Of a stretch of 64,000 nt of DNA, positions 41,728 to 50,077 are shown one piece after another. Position 1 is the first letter of the stretch; each line of letters opens with the position of its first letter. This DNA is from Burkholderiales bacterium. Its GTDB lineage: Bacteria > Pseudomonadota > Gammaproteobacteria > Burkholderiales > JBDZVW01. The notes under the pieces are model-generated. The model searched no databases, was not told where the DNA came from, and was given only the letters and a program-made list of their open reading frames with translations. The position numbers were made by a program, and so were the translations under genes. Location of the stretch: contig DASSON010000073.1 of the NCBI GenBank assembly GCA_035700525.1, positions 2,266-66,265 on the forward strand. Reading direction: 5' to 3'.

Positions 41728-43101
41728 GTGTCGGGCGGCAGACGTATGAGGAGGCAGGCCCCTATCGTTACCTACGACGAAAAAAAGCAGCAGCTCGCGG
41801 CGCAGCTCGCCGGACGAAACGGCGGCGCGCCGCTCGCACTTGCGAAAGACACGTCCAACCTGTTTCGCGATCGCGAGCCGGCGCTGAAGCGCCATCTCGA
41901 CGTGCGCCATTTCAACCAGGTGCTGCGGGTCGACGCGGCACAGGGCTGGATAGAAGCGGAAGGCATGACGCGCTACGCCGACCTGGTGGATGCCGCTTTG
42001 AAGCACAACGTCATGCCGGCGGTGGTGCCGGAGCTGAAATCGATCACGCTCGGCGGTGCGGTCGCCGGTGTCGGCATCGAAGCGTCATCGTTCAAGTACG
42101 GTCTGGTACACGAAACCGTGCAGGAAATCGAAATCCTGCTCGGAGACGGCCGTATTGTGTCCGCGGCACCGGACAACGAACATAGCGAGCTGTTCTACGG
42201 CTTTCCGAACTCCTACGGCACGCTCGGCTATGCGTTGAAAGTCAAAGCGCTGGCGATTCCGGTCAAGCCGTACGTAGCGCTGCAGCACGTCCGCCACAGC
42301 GATGCCACTGCCTACTTCGAAGATCTGGCGCAACACTGCGCGCCGGATGCCGACTTTGTCGATGGCACGGTGTTCGGCCCGGACGAAATGTACATCACGA
42401 TCGGCCGCTTCTGCGATGATGCGCCGCGCGTCAGCGACTATACGTTCGAACATATTTATTACCGCTCGATCCGCGAACGCCGGGAAGACTGGCTGACAGC
42501 GCGCGACTTTATCTGGCGCTGGGACACCGACTGGTTCTGGTGCTCGAAAAACCTTTACGTGCAGACCCCGCTGATCCGCCGCCTCGTCGGCCGCAACCAC
42601 CTCAATTCCACCACCTATACGAAAGTGATGCGCTGGAACAGCAAGTGGGGGCTGATGGCGCGGCTCAACCGGCTGCGCGGCCTGCACACGGAGGCGGTCA
42701 TCCAGGACGTCGATATCCCGATCGATCGCGCCGCCGAATTTTTCGATTTCTTCTGCCGTGAAATCGGTATCCTGCCGTTGTGGATCTGCCCGATCCATGC
42801 ACGGCGCGACGATGTGCGCTTCGATCTCTACCCGATGGACGCCGACAAGCTCTACGTCAACTTCGGCTTCTGGGATGTAGTGACAAAACGCGAACCCTTC
42901 CCGACCGGCTTCCACAATCGCAAGATCGAACGCAAGGTCGCCGAACTCGGCGGCATCAAGTCGCTCTATTCCGATTCCTACTACGAGCCGGACGAATTCT
43001 GGGAAAACTACAACAAGCCGGCGTACGACGCGTTGAAGGAAAAATACGATCCGGGCGGCGCGCTGCAGGGTCTGTACGACAAGTGCGTGCTGCGGCGGTA
43101 A
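41728..43101 (+). CDS. FAD-binding (PCMH-type, DWF1/DHCR24-like) oxidoreductase
   Basis: FAD-binding segment SITLGGAVAGVGIEASSFKYGLVHE; ~450 aa. Start is either GTG at 41728 or ATG at 41746. Confidence 0.8.
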   Translation: MSGGRRMRRQAPIVTYDEKKQQLAAQLAGRNGGAPLALAKDTSNLFRDREPALKRHLDVRHFNQVLRVDAAQGWIEAEGMTRYADLVDAALKHNVMPAVVPELKSITLGGAVAGVGIEASSFKYGLVHETVQEIEILLGDGRIVSAAPDNEHSELFYGFPNSYGTLGYALKVKALAIPVKPYVALQHVRHSDATAYFEDLAQHCAPDADFVDGTVFGPDEMYITIGRFCDDAPRVSDYTFEHIYYRSIRERREDWLTARDFIWRWDTDWFWCSKNLYVQTPLIRRLVGRNHLNSTTYTKVMRWNSKWGLMARLNRLRGLHTEAVIQDVDIPIDRAAEFFDFFCREIGILPLWICPIHARRDDVRFDLYPMDADKLYVNFGFWDVVTKREPFPTGFHNRKIERKVAELGGIKSLYSDSYYEPDEFWENYNKPAYDALKEKYDPGGALQGLYDKCVLRR

Positions 43102-43104
43102 AGC

Positions 43105-44634
43105 TCAGCCGCCAGCCGCAATCGCAATACCCTTGAACCGGCCGCGCCATGCGGCCGGTCCGCTGGTGTGGACAGACTGTCCGTCCGCGCTCACGGCCAC
43201 CGTCACCGGCATGTCTTCGACCGTGAACTCGCGGATCGCCTCCATGCCCAGATCGTCGAACGCGACGATGCGCGCATCGCGGATTGCACGCGACACCAGG
43301 TACGCGGCGCCGCCGACCGCAATCAGATAAACCGCGCCATGGCGCCGGATGGCGTCGATCGCCTCGGGACCGCGTTCCGCCTTGCCGATCATGCCGAGCA
43401 ATCCTGTTTCACCCAGCATCATTTCGGTAAAGCTGTCCATGCGCGTCGACGTGGTCGGACCCGCGGGCCCCACCGCCTCGCCGGCGACCGGGTCCACCGG
43501 CCCGACGTAGTAAATGAAGCGATTGCGGAAATCCACTTCCGGCGGCAAGCCCTCGCCGCGCGCCAGCCGGTCGTGGATGCGCTTGTGCGCGGCATCGCGC
43601 CCGGTCAGGATGCGGCCGGACAGCAGCAGCCGCTGGCTGGGCTGCCATTGCCGCACCATTGCCGGCGTCACTTGTGATAGATCGACGCGCAGTGCATCCG
43701 CGCCGGGTGTCCACGCGATGTCGGGCCAATCCGCGATACGCGGCGGAGCAAATCGTGCCGGACCGCTGCCGTCGAGCGTGAAATGCAGATGGCGCGTCGC
43801 GGCGCAGTTCGGAATCAGCGCCACCGGCAATGACGCGGCATGCGTCGGATAGTCGCGGACTTTCACGTCGAGCACCGTGGTCAGGCCGCCCAGTCCCTGG
43901 GCGCCGATACCGAGCGCATTGACACGGTTGTAAATTTCGAGCCGAAGCTCTTCGATTCGCGTACGCGGACCGCGCGCAGCAAGCTGCGGCAGGTCGATCG
44001 GCTCCATCAGTGCTTCCTTCGCCAGCAGCATCGCCTTCTCGGCGCTGCCGCCGATGCCGACGCCGAGCATGCCGGGCGGACACCAGCCGGCGCCGAGTTT
44101 CGGCACCGTCTCCACCACCCAGTCGGCAACGCTGTCGGCGGGATTGAGCACCGCGAACTGCGCCTTGTTTTCGGAGCCGCCGCCCTTCGCGGCTACCGTG
44201 ACCGAAAGCTTATCGCCGGCAACGATGCGAGTGTGAATCACCGCCGGCGCGTTGTCGCCGGTATTGCGCCGAGCGCCGGCAGGGTCATCCACGATCGACG
44301 CCCGCAACGGATTGTGCGCATCGGTCCACGCGCGCCGCACGCCTTCATTGACCATCGCCTCCGGATCATGCGCCGCATCCCAGCGCACGTTCATGCCGAT
44401 TTCCAGAAAGACATTTACCACACCAGTGTCCTGGCACATCGGACGGCCGCCTTCAGCGCACAGCCGCGAGTTGACCAGGATCTGCGCGATCGCATCGCGC
44501 GCGGCGGGCGATTTTTCAGATTCGTACGCAGCCGCCAGCGCACGAACGAAGTCGGGCGGATGGTAGCAGGCGATGTATTGCAAAGCGTCGCTGACGCTTT
44601 GCACCAGGTCTTCCTCTTTAATGACGGTCGCCAC
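43105..44634 (-). CDS. class I (Fe-S) fumarate hydratase
   Basis: RPMCQDTGVVNVFLEIG and the fused alpha/beta subunit architecture; 509 aa. Confidence 0.9.
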   Translation of the reverse strand: MATVIKEEDLVQSVSDALQYIACYHPPDFVRALAAAYESEKSPAARDAIAQILVNSRLCAEGGRPMCQDTGVVNVFLEIGMNVRWDAAHDPEAMVNEGVRRAWTDAHNPLRASIVDDPAGARRNTGDNAPAVIHTRIVAGDKLSVTVAAKGGGSENKAQFAVLNPADSVADWVVETVPKLGAGWCPPGMLGVGIGGSAEKAMLLAKEALMEPIDLPQLAARGPRTRIEELRLEIYNRVNALGIGAQGLGGLTTVLDVKVRDYPTHAASLPVALIPNCAATRHLHFTLDGSGPARFAPPRIADWPDIAWTPGADALRVDLSQVTPAMVRQWQPSQRLLLSGRILTGRDAAHKRIHDRLARGEGLPPEVDFRNRFIYYVGPVDPVAGEAVGPAGPTTSTRMDSFTEMMLGETGLLGMIGKAERGPEAIDAIRRHGAVYLIAVGGAAYLVSRAIRDARIVAFDDLGMEAIREFTVEDMPVTVAVSADGQSVHTSGPAAWRGRFKGIAIAAGG

Positions 44635-44682
44635 GATGAATTCCCGATGATTATGTGCTTAATTTACTGCGAAGACACCATG

Positions 44683-44866
44683 AAAAGCAAAATCAAAAGC
44701 GATAACCGCAGAGACGCAGAGGAAACACAGAGAAGAGCGATAACCGCAAAGACGCAAAGGAAAACCAAATCAGAAATTCTTTGCGGATTTTCTTTGCGCC
44801 TTCGGTTGCAGTTGCTTTTGATCTGCTTTCCCTTGGCGTTCTTGGCGCCTTGGCGGTATAGCTTTT
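44683..44866. repeat. composite intergenic repeat: tandem 38-bp units plus an inverted diverged copy
   Basis: gcgataaccgcagagacgcagaggaaa starts at 44699 and gcgataaccgcaaagacgcaaaggaaa at 44737. The right half (ctttgcgccttcggttgc ... ccttggcgttcttggcgccttggcggtatagc) is their imperfect reverse complement. Confidence 0.55.
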
Positions 44867-44879
44867 ACCCCCGTGTCAC

Positions 44880-46094
44880 TCACTGCGGCATGGCCTTATC
44901 CAGCGACGCGAGGAACTGATCCGCCGACTGGAACCCGATCACGCGCGGCTTCACCTCCTTGCCATTCCGGTCGAAGAAAATAATGCCCGGCGGACCAAAC
45001 AGCCGGAAGCGCGCGAGCAGTGCCTTGTCGTCGGCGTTGTTGGCGGTAACGTCGGCCTGCAGCAACATTGCATTCGCGAGCCTCGCCTGCACGCGCGGAT
45101 CGCTGAACGTAAAGCGCTCCATCTCCTTGCATGAAACGCACCAGTCCGCGTAGAAGTCGAGCATCGCATAGCGACCATGCGCGGCGGCAAGCTGTGCATC
45201 GAGATCGGATACGCTTTTAATCCGCTGGAACGGCAGCCGCACCGGTTCAGCCGCAGCGCCACCTCCGCGCAGAATCGCGAGCGGCTGCAGCGGATCGCGG
45301 CTGCCCGCAAGCACGCCAACCAGCAGCGCGACTCCGGCGGCCAGCACGATCACGCCGACGCCCTTGCCCAGGCGACGCACGCCGGACGCCACGACCGGCA
45401 ACGGGTCGAGCGCACGCAGATACATCGATCCGACAATCAGCACTGCCGCCAGCACCAGCATCACCCACAGTCCGCCGAACCGGGACGGCGTCGCCACATC
45501 ATTGATTGTTCCGGACACCGCGGACGCCAGCGGTTGCGCGTCCGCCGACGGCGCGGCCGTTGCAACAGCCGCCGGCAAATCGAGATCGAATGTTTTTTCG
45601 AGCGGGACGTAGCACACGCCCTTCGGCTCGTTGCACCCCTGCCACGTCGCGTGCAGCGCGAGCTGCGCGGCGGCGGCAGATGCGCGCTTCAGCGCAATGC
45701 GCACCGTGAATGGCTGGCGATAGATTTCCATGGGACCGAAAGCCGGATCATTTTTCATCACCCCCTTCGGCAGATCGACGCCGGCGATCGTGACGCCGCC
45801 CGGCTTCAGCACCTTGAAGTGGATGCGGTCATGGTACAGGTAGTAATCCTTCGCCGGCGTGAAGCGGGCGATCAGCGTATTCGCATCCTTTACCGTGATC
45901 GCGAGCTTGAACGCCTGCTCCGGCGGCAGCAATTCGTCCGTGCTGTTGTTGCCGCCCAGCCATTGCTCGAGACCGGCGACCCGGATGATGCCCGGCGCAG
46001 CCGTCTCACCTGCGTGCGGCACATGATCCGCCGCGCTTGCCGCCGCGGCAAAGCACAGCGTCGCCAGCAGCACCACTGAAATCCGAATTTTCAT
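44880..46094 (-). CDS. DsbD-like thiol:disulfide interchange protein lacking most of the membrane core
   Basis: Signal peptide, DsbD-alpha domain (WQGCNEPKGVCYVP), only two hydrophobic helices, then a DsbD-gamma thioredoxin domain (MLDFYADWCVSCKEMERFTFSDPRV). Start trimmed to the ATG at 46094. Confidence 0.75.
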   Translation of the reverse strand: MKIRISVVLLATLCFAAAASAADHVPHAGETAAPGIIRVAGLEQWLGGNNSTDELLPPEQAFKLAITVKDANTLIARFTPAKDYYLYHDRIHFKVLKPGGVTIAGVDLPKGVMKNDPAFGPMEIYRQPFTVRIALKRASAAAAQLALHATWQGCNEPKGVCYVPLEKTFDLDLPAAVATAAPSADAQPLASAVSGTINDVATPSRFGGLWVMLVLAAVLIVGSMYLRALDPLPVVASGVRRLGKGVGVIVLAAGVALLVGVLAGSRDPLQPLAILRGGGAAAEPVRLPFQRIKSVSDLDAQLAAAHGRYAMLDFYADWCVSCKEMERFTFSDPRVQARLANAMLLQADVTANNADDKALLARFRLFGPPGIIFFDRNGKEVKPRVIGFQSADQFLASLDKAMPQ

Positions 46095-46152
46095 TCCGTT
46101 CATGCTTGCTCGATGATGCGCCGCCAATGCGGCACGAAACCAATGCTCATTA

Positions 46153-48486
46153 CTATAACTCCACCCGGCGCAGCCGCAGCGCGTTGCCGATCACCGACAC
46201 CGAGCTGAAACTCATCGCGGCGCCGGCAATGATCGGCGACAGCAGCAGTCCGAACGCCGGAAACAGCACGCCGGCCGCCAAGGGGATGCCCAGCGCATTG
46301 TAAACGAACGCGAAGAACAGGTTCTGACGGATGTTGCGCATCGTTTTATGTGATAGTCGCCGTGCTTTCGCGATGCTGCGTAAATCGCCCTTCACCAGCA
46401 CCACGCGCGCACTCTCCATCGCCACGTCGGTGCCGCTGCCCATCGCGATGCCGACCTGCGCCTGCGCCAGTGCTGGCGCGTCATTGATGCCGTCACCGGC
46501 CATCGCAACGATCCTGCCTTCAGCCTGCAGGCGCTTCACGATTTCATACTTGTCCTGCGGCAGCACCTCGGCGTGAATTTCATCAATGCCGAGCTCGTGC
46601 CCGATTGCTTCCGCGGTCGCACGGTTGTCGCCCGTCAGCATCACGATGCGCAACCCCGCTTGCTTGAGGATATGCACCGCTTCCGGTGTTGACGCCTTGA
46701 TCGGATCAGCGACGCTCACCAGCCCCGCAGCTTTACCGTCCACCGCTACCAGCATCGCCGTCTCGCCTTGGCGGCGCAGAGCATCCGCCGTCTGCGCCAG
46801 GTCGTCGGTCGCGATCCCGTTATCCTGCATCATCCGGCGATTTCCCACCAGCACGATGCGATCCGCAACCGTGCCGCGCACACCCTTGCCGGTGATCGAT
46901 TCGAAATCGGCAGCCGCATCGGGTCTGATATCGCGTTCCGCGGCGCCGGCAACGATCGCTGCGGCCAATGGATGCTCGCTCGCATTCTCGATGCTGGCGA
47001 CAAGCCGCAGCAACTCGTGCTCGTCAAATCCGTCAACGGTTCGGACCGTACGCAGCCGCGGCCTGCCCTCAGTCAGCGTGCCGGTCTTGTCCACCACCAG
47101 CGTATCGACCCGCTCCATTACTTCCAGCGCCTCGGCGTCCTTGATCAGCACACCCTCGCGCGCGCCGCGCCCGACCCCGACCATTACCGCAATCGGCGTC
47201 GCCAGGCCCAGCGCGCACGGGCAGGCAATGATCAGCACTGACACCGCCGCGACCAGTCCGTGCACCAGCACCGGCTCGGGTCCGATCGATACCCATACGA
47301 TCAGTGTCACGATCGCAGCCAGCACCACGCCCGGCACGAACCACGACGACACGGTATCGGCGAGCCGCTGAATCGGCGCCCGCGAGCGGCTGGCGTGCAC
47401 CACCAGATCGGTGATGCGCGCGAGCAGCGTATCGGCGCCGACTTTCTCGGCTTTCATGATGAATGCGCCGGTCTGATTGACGGTGCCCGCGGTCACCGCA
47501 TCGCCGTCCGATTTCGTGACCGGCAGCGGCTCCCCGGTCACCATCGATTCGTCGATCACCGAAGCGCCTTCCAGCACCGAACCATCGACCGGCACTTTCT
47601 CTCCGGGCCGGACACGCAGCCGGTCTCCGGCATGCACATTGTCGAGTGCGACATCTTCCTCGTTGCCATTTTCAGCAATGCGCCGCGCGGTGGTCGGCGC
47701 CAGCCCGAGCAGCGCCTTGATCGCGCCCGACGTGCGCGAGCGCGCGCGCAATTCCAGCATCTGGCCCAACAGCACCAGCGTGATGATCGCCGCCGCGGCC
47801 TCGAAGTAGATCGGCAGCATGCCGTGCGTCTTGAACGATTGCGGCAACATACCTGGAAACAGCAGCACGAACAGGCTGAACAGATAGGCTGCGGCGACAC
47901 CGAGCCCGATCAGACTCCACATATTGAGCGCGAGTGTGCGGTACGAGCGCCACGCGCGCACGAAGAACGGCGCGCCGCCCCATAGCACGACCGGGGTCGC
48001 AAGCACGAATTGCAGCCAGTCGAACGGCGCCGCTCCGAGCCAGTCGCGAAAGCGCACACCCGGAATCATGTCGCCCATCGCCAGCACCAGCACCAGCAGC
48101 GGAATGGTCAGCGCCACGCCAATCCGGAAACGCCGCGTCATCGACGTCAGTTCCGGATCCTCCTGCTGTTCGAGAGACGGCGTGCGCGGCTCCAATGCCA
48201 TGCCGCAGATCGGACAGGACCCGGGCCCGGACCGCACGATCTGCGGATGCATCGGACAGGTGTACTCGATTGCCGGTGCGGTCGGCAGCATCGGCTCCAG
48301 CGCCATCCCGCACTTCGGACAGTCGCCCGGTTTGTCCTGCACGATCTCCGGATGCATCGGACAGGTATAGGCGGCTTTACCAGCCGGGACGGACGATTTC
48401 GAATTGCCGGCTGCCGGCAGGTCATGGCAACGCGCGCACGCTTTTTGCGCGGTGGCGGAATGTTTCATTCGGCGTTTTGGTTCCAC
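46153..48486 (-). CDS. copA: copper(/silver)-translocating P1B-type ATPase
   Basis: CPC motif [13 protein letters not shown], phosphorylation site [15 protein letters not shown]. Two N-terminal CPMHP(E/Q)IV...CP(K/I)CGMALEP metal-binding modules replace a GMTCxxC HMA domain. Start is GTG at 48486 or ATG at 48468. Confidence 0.93.
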   Translation of the reverse strand: MEPKRRMKHSATAQKACARCHDLPAAGNSKSSVPAGKAAYTCPMHPEIVQDKPGDCPKCGMALEPMLPTAPAIEYTCPMHPQIVRSGPGSCPICGMALEPRTPSLEQQEDPELTSMTRRFRIGVALTIPLLVLVLAMGDMIPGVRFRDWLGAAPFDWLQFVLATPVVLWGGAPFFVRAWRSYRTLALNMWSLIGLGVAAAYLFSLFVLLFPGMLPQSFKTHGMLPIYFEAAAAIITLVLLGQMLELRARSRTSGAIKALLGLAPTTARRIAENGNEEDVALDNVHAGDRLRVRPGEKVPVDGSVLEGASVIDESMVTGEPLPVTKSDGDAVTAGTVNQTGAFIMKAEKVGADTLLARITDLVVHASRSRAPIQRLADTVSSWFVPGVVLAAIVTLIVWVSIGPEPVLVHGLVAAVSVLIIACPCALGLATPIAVMVGVGRGAREGVLIKDAEALEVMERVDTLVVDKTGTLTEGRPRLRTVRTVDGFDEHELLRLVASIENASEHPLAAAIVAGAAERDIRPDAAADFESITGKGVRGTVADRIVLVGNRRMMQDNGIATDDLAQTADALRRQGETAMLVAVDGKAAGLVSVADPIKASTPEAVHILKQAGLRIVMLTGDNRATAEAIGHELGIDEIHAEVLPQDKYEIVKRLQAEGRIVAMAGDGINDAPALAQAQVGIAMGSGTDVAMESARVVLVKGDLRSIAKARRLSHKTMRNIRQNLFFAFVYNALGIPLAAGVLFPAFGLLLSPIIAGAAMSFSSVSVIGNALRLRRVEL

Positions 48487-48515
48487 GATGGCGCTCCACG
48501 CAATATACGCGAGTG

Positions 48516-48565
48516 ATCGTATACCCCATGCCAGTATACGTCAAATACCTATATAGGGTATATAG
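48516..48565. promoter_or_regulatory. candidate ATPase promoter with two dyads
   Basis: On the minus strand, TTGACG (48544-48539), a 17-nt spacer, then TACGAT (48521-48516). Dyad cgtatac-N9-gtatacg (48518-48540) fills the spacer. A perfect ctatata-ggg-tatatag dyad (48549-48565) lies just upstream. Confidence 0.35.
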
Positions 48566-48618
48566 CCGCCCCAGCGTCGCGTCAGGCATGCAGATTCACC
48601 ATGCGCGCGCAACCCGGT

Positions 48619-49578
48619 TCATTTACCTGCGAGCCGCATGGCAAGTGCTGCCGCATAGCCAAGAGCGAACCCCGCGGCCGGCCCTACCAGCCAGCCTTTC
48701 AAGATGCCCATGACGACCGGCCACTGCACCGTATCACGCCCGCGCGCGAGGCCGGCGCCGGCCATGGCACCGATGAGCGCCTGGTTCATCGATGTGAAAT
48801 AGCCGAAACCTACCGCCGCCAGCACCACCAGCGCCTGCACGCCCTGCGCCGCGGTAGCCATCGTGAGATCCATCTTTACCACGTCGAAAGCGACTCGTTC
48901 CAGTAAAGGCTTGCCCCACGTGATGACGCCGAGCGCCAGACCTAATCCACCGACCAGCCCGGCAACGAAAACGCCAAACAGGTTCGTGGTCAGAAAAACA
49001 GCCGTGGCGTTGGAGACATCGTTGGCGCCCATCGTAAGTGAAGCCAGTGCTCCGACCGCGACCAGCGCGCCGGTAACGAACGCGACATGCCCGCCGCGCG
49101 CCTGAAACCATGGCAAATGGTCCAGAAGCCGGGTAAATGCGAACCCCAACGCCAGTGCGGCCAGCGGCGCTATCGCCCACAGCACGGCCAGCCGCGCAAT
49201 GGTGTCCCAGCGAACTGGCAGGCCCAGCGCCAGCCCTACGCCCGCGATCGAAAACACCAGAATTTGAATGGTGGACGTCGGAATGCGCAATGCGTTGAAG
49301 ATCGTGGTGAGCACAAACGCCGCGCCGACAACGGCAAGCGCCGCACCGAGACTGATGCGCTGCGCGCGAATGATGCCGTGCCCCACGGTGGCGAGCACGC
49401 CATGACTCAGAAAAGTGGCCCCAAGCAAGGTCAGAATCGCCATCAGCACAAGCGCCGGCCACAGGCGGATTGTCTTTGCCGCATAAGGCATGCCCATGCA
49501 GGCACCGGTGTAGTGCGCACCCATGCTCCAGGCGAATCCGAACGCCACTACAACCAAGGCCCATGCGACGCTCGACAT
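48619..49578 (-). CDS. PiT/PHO4-family permease (short form)
   Basis: Second-half signature GANDVSNA is present. The first-half signature is degenerate (SMGAHYTGA). 319 aa, polytopic. Confidence 0.8.
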   Translation of the reverse strand: MSSVAWALVVVAFGFAWSMGAHYTGACMGMPYAAKTIRLWPALVLMAILTLLGATFLSHGVLATVGHGIIRAQRISLGAALAVVGAAFVLTTIFNALRIPTSTIQILVFSIAGVGLALGLPVRWDTIARLAVLWAIAPLAALALGFAFTRLLDHLPWFQARGGHVAFVTGALVAVGALASLTMGANDVSNATAVFLTTNLFGVFVAGLVGGLGLALGVITWGKPLLERVAFDVVKMDLTMATAAQGVQALVVLAAVGFGYFTSMNQALIGAMAGAGLARGRDTVQWPVVMGILKGWLVGPAAGFALGYAAALAMRLAGK

Positions 49579-50046
49579 CTACCGGCCCTGCTTCGCTTTC
49601 CGAATCGCCTGATCGAGGACAGCATGATGCTCATCATGCCGCACGACGAATTCCTTCAGCGACGGCACCACCGATTTTTCGCACCATTCATGAAGCCGGG
49701 CGCGTTCTTCGCGCGGACCCGGACTGTAATGCTTCCTGATAGCAAGCAACGCTCCCTTACGCGCAGCGTTCGCAGATCGAACCGCAATCCGCCGCGCTTC
49801 GGATTCAGGCAGGCCCGGAATAACTTCGCTTCGGATATGTAGCATCAATCCTCGCATGTCGCCGACGGTGCTTCTTGTTCTGTCGATGATCGAAGGATCA
49901 TACTGCGCACAGTAAAATGCAAAATTATCTGCAACGTCCGCCCTCTCCAAAATTCGCACGAGCCTTTCATCATCGGCGGCAAAAGCGGGCGCCCAGACGA
50001 GAACGATGAGCGTTGCGCTCAATCCGGTTTTTGCCCGGCATTTCAT
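49579..50046 (-). CDS. hypothetical secreted alpha-helical protein
   Basis: Signal peptide MKCRAKTGLSATLIVLVWAPAFA. GGAG lies 6 nt upstream of the ATG at 50046. The stop abuts the PiT ATG. Confidence 0.55.
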   Translation of the reverse strand: MKCRAKTGLSATLIVLVWAPAFAADDERLVRILERADVADNFAFYCAQYDPSIIDRTRSTVGDMRGLMLHIRSEVIPGLPESEARRIAVRSANAARKGALLAIRKHYSPGPREERARLHEWCEKSVVPSLKEFVVRHDEHHAVLDQAIRKAKQGR

Positions 50047-50077
50047 TATCATCTCCGCATAATGAAGGTAGATCCGG

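Noticed and set aside
48469-48618. Looked for a CsoR/CueR/CopR-type regulator gene or small ORF next to the ATPase dyads.
   Set aside because: The gap is only 150 bp and contains no ORF of plausible size. The regulator, if any, must be encoded elsewhere.
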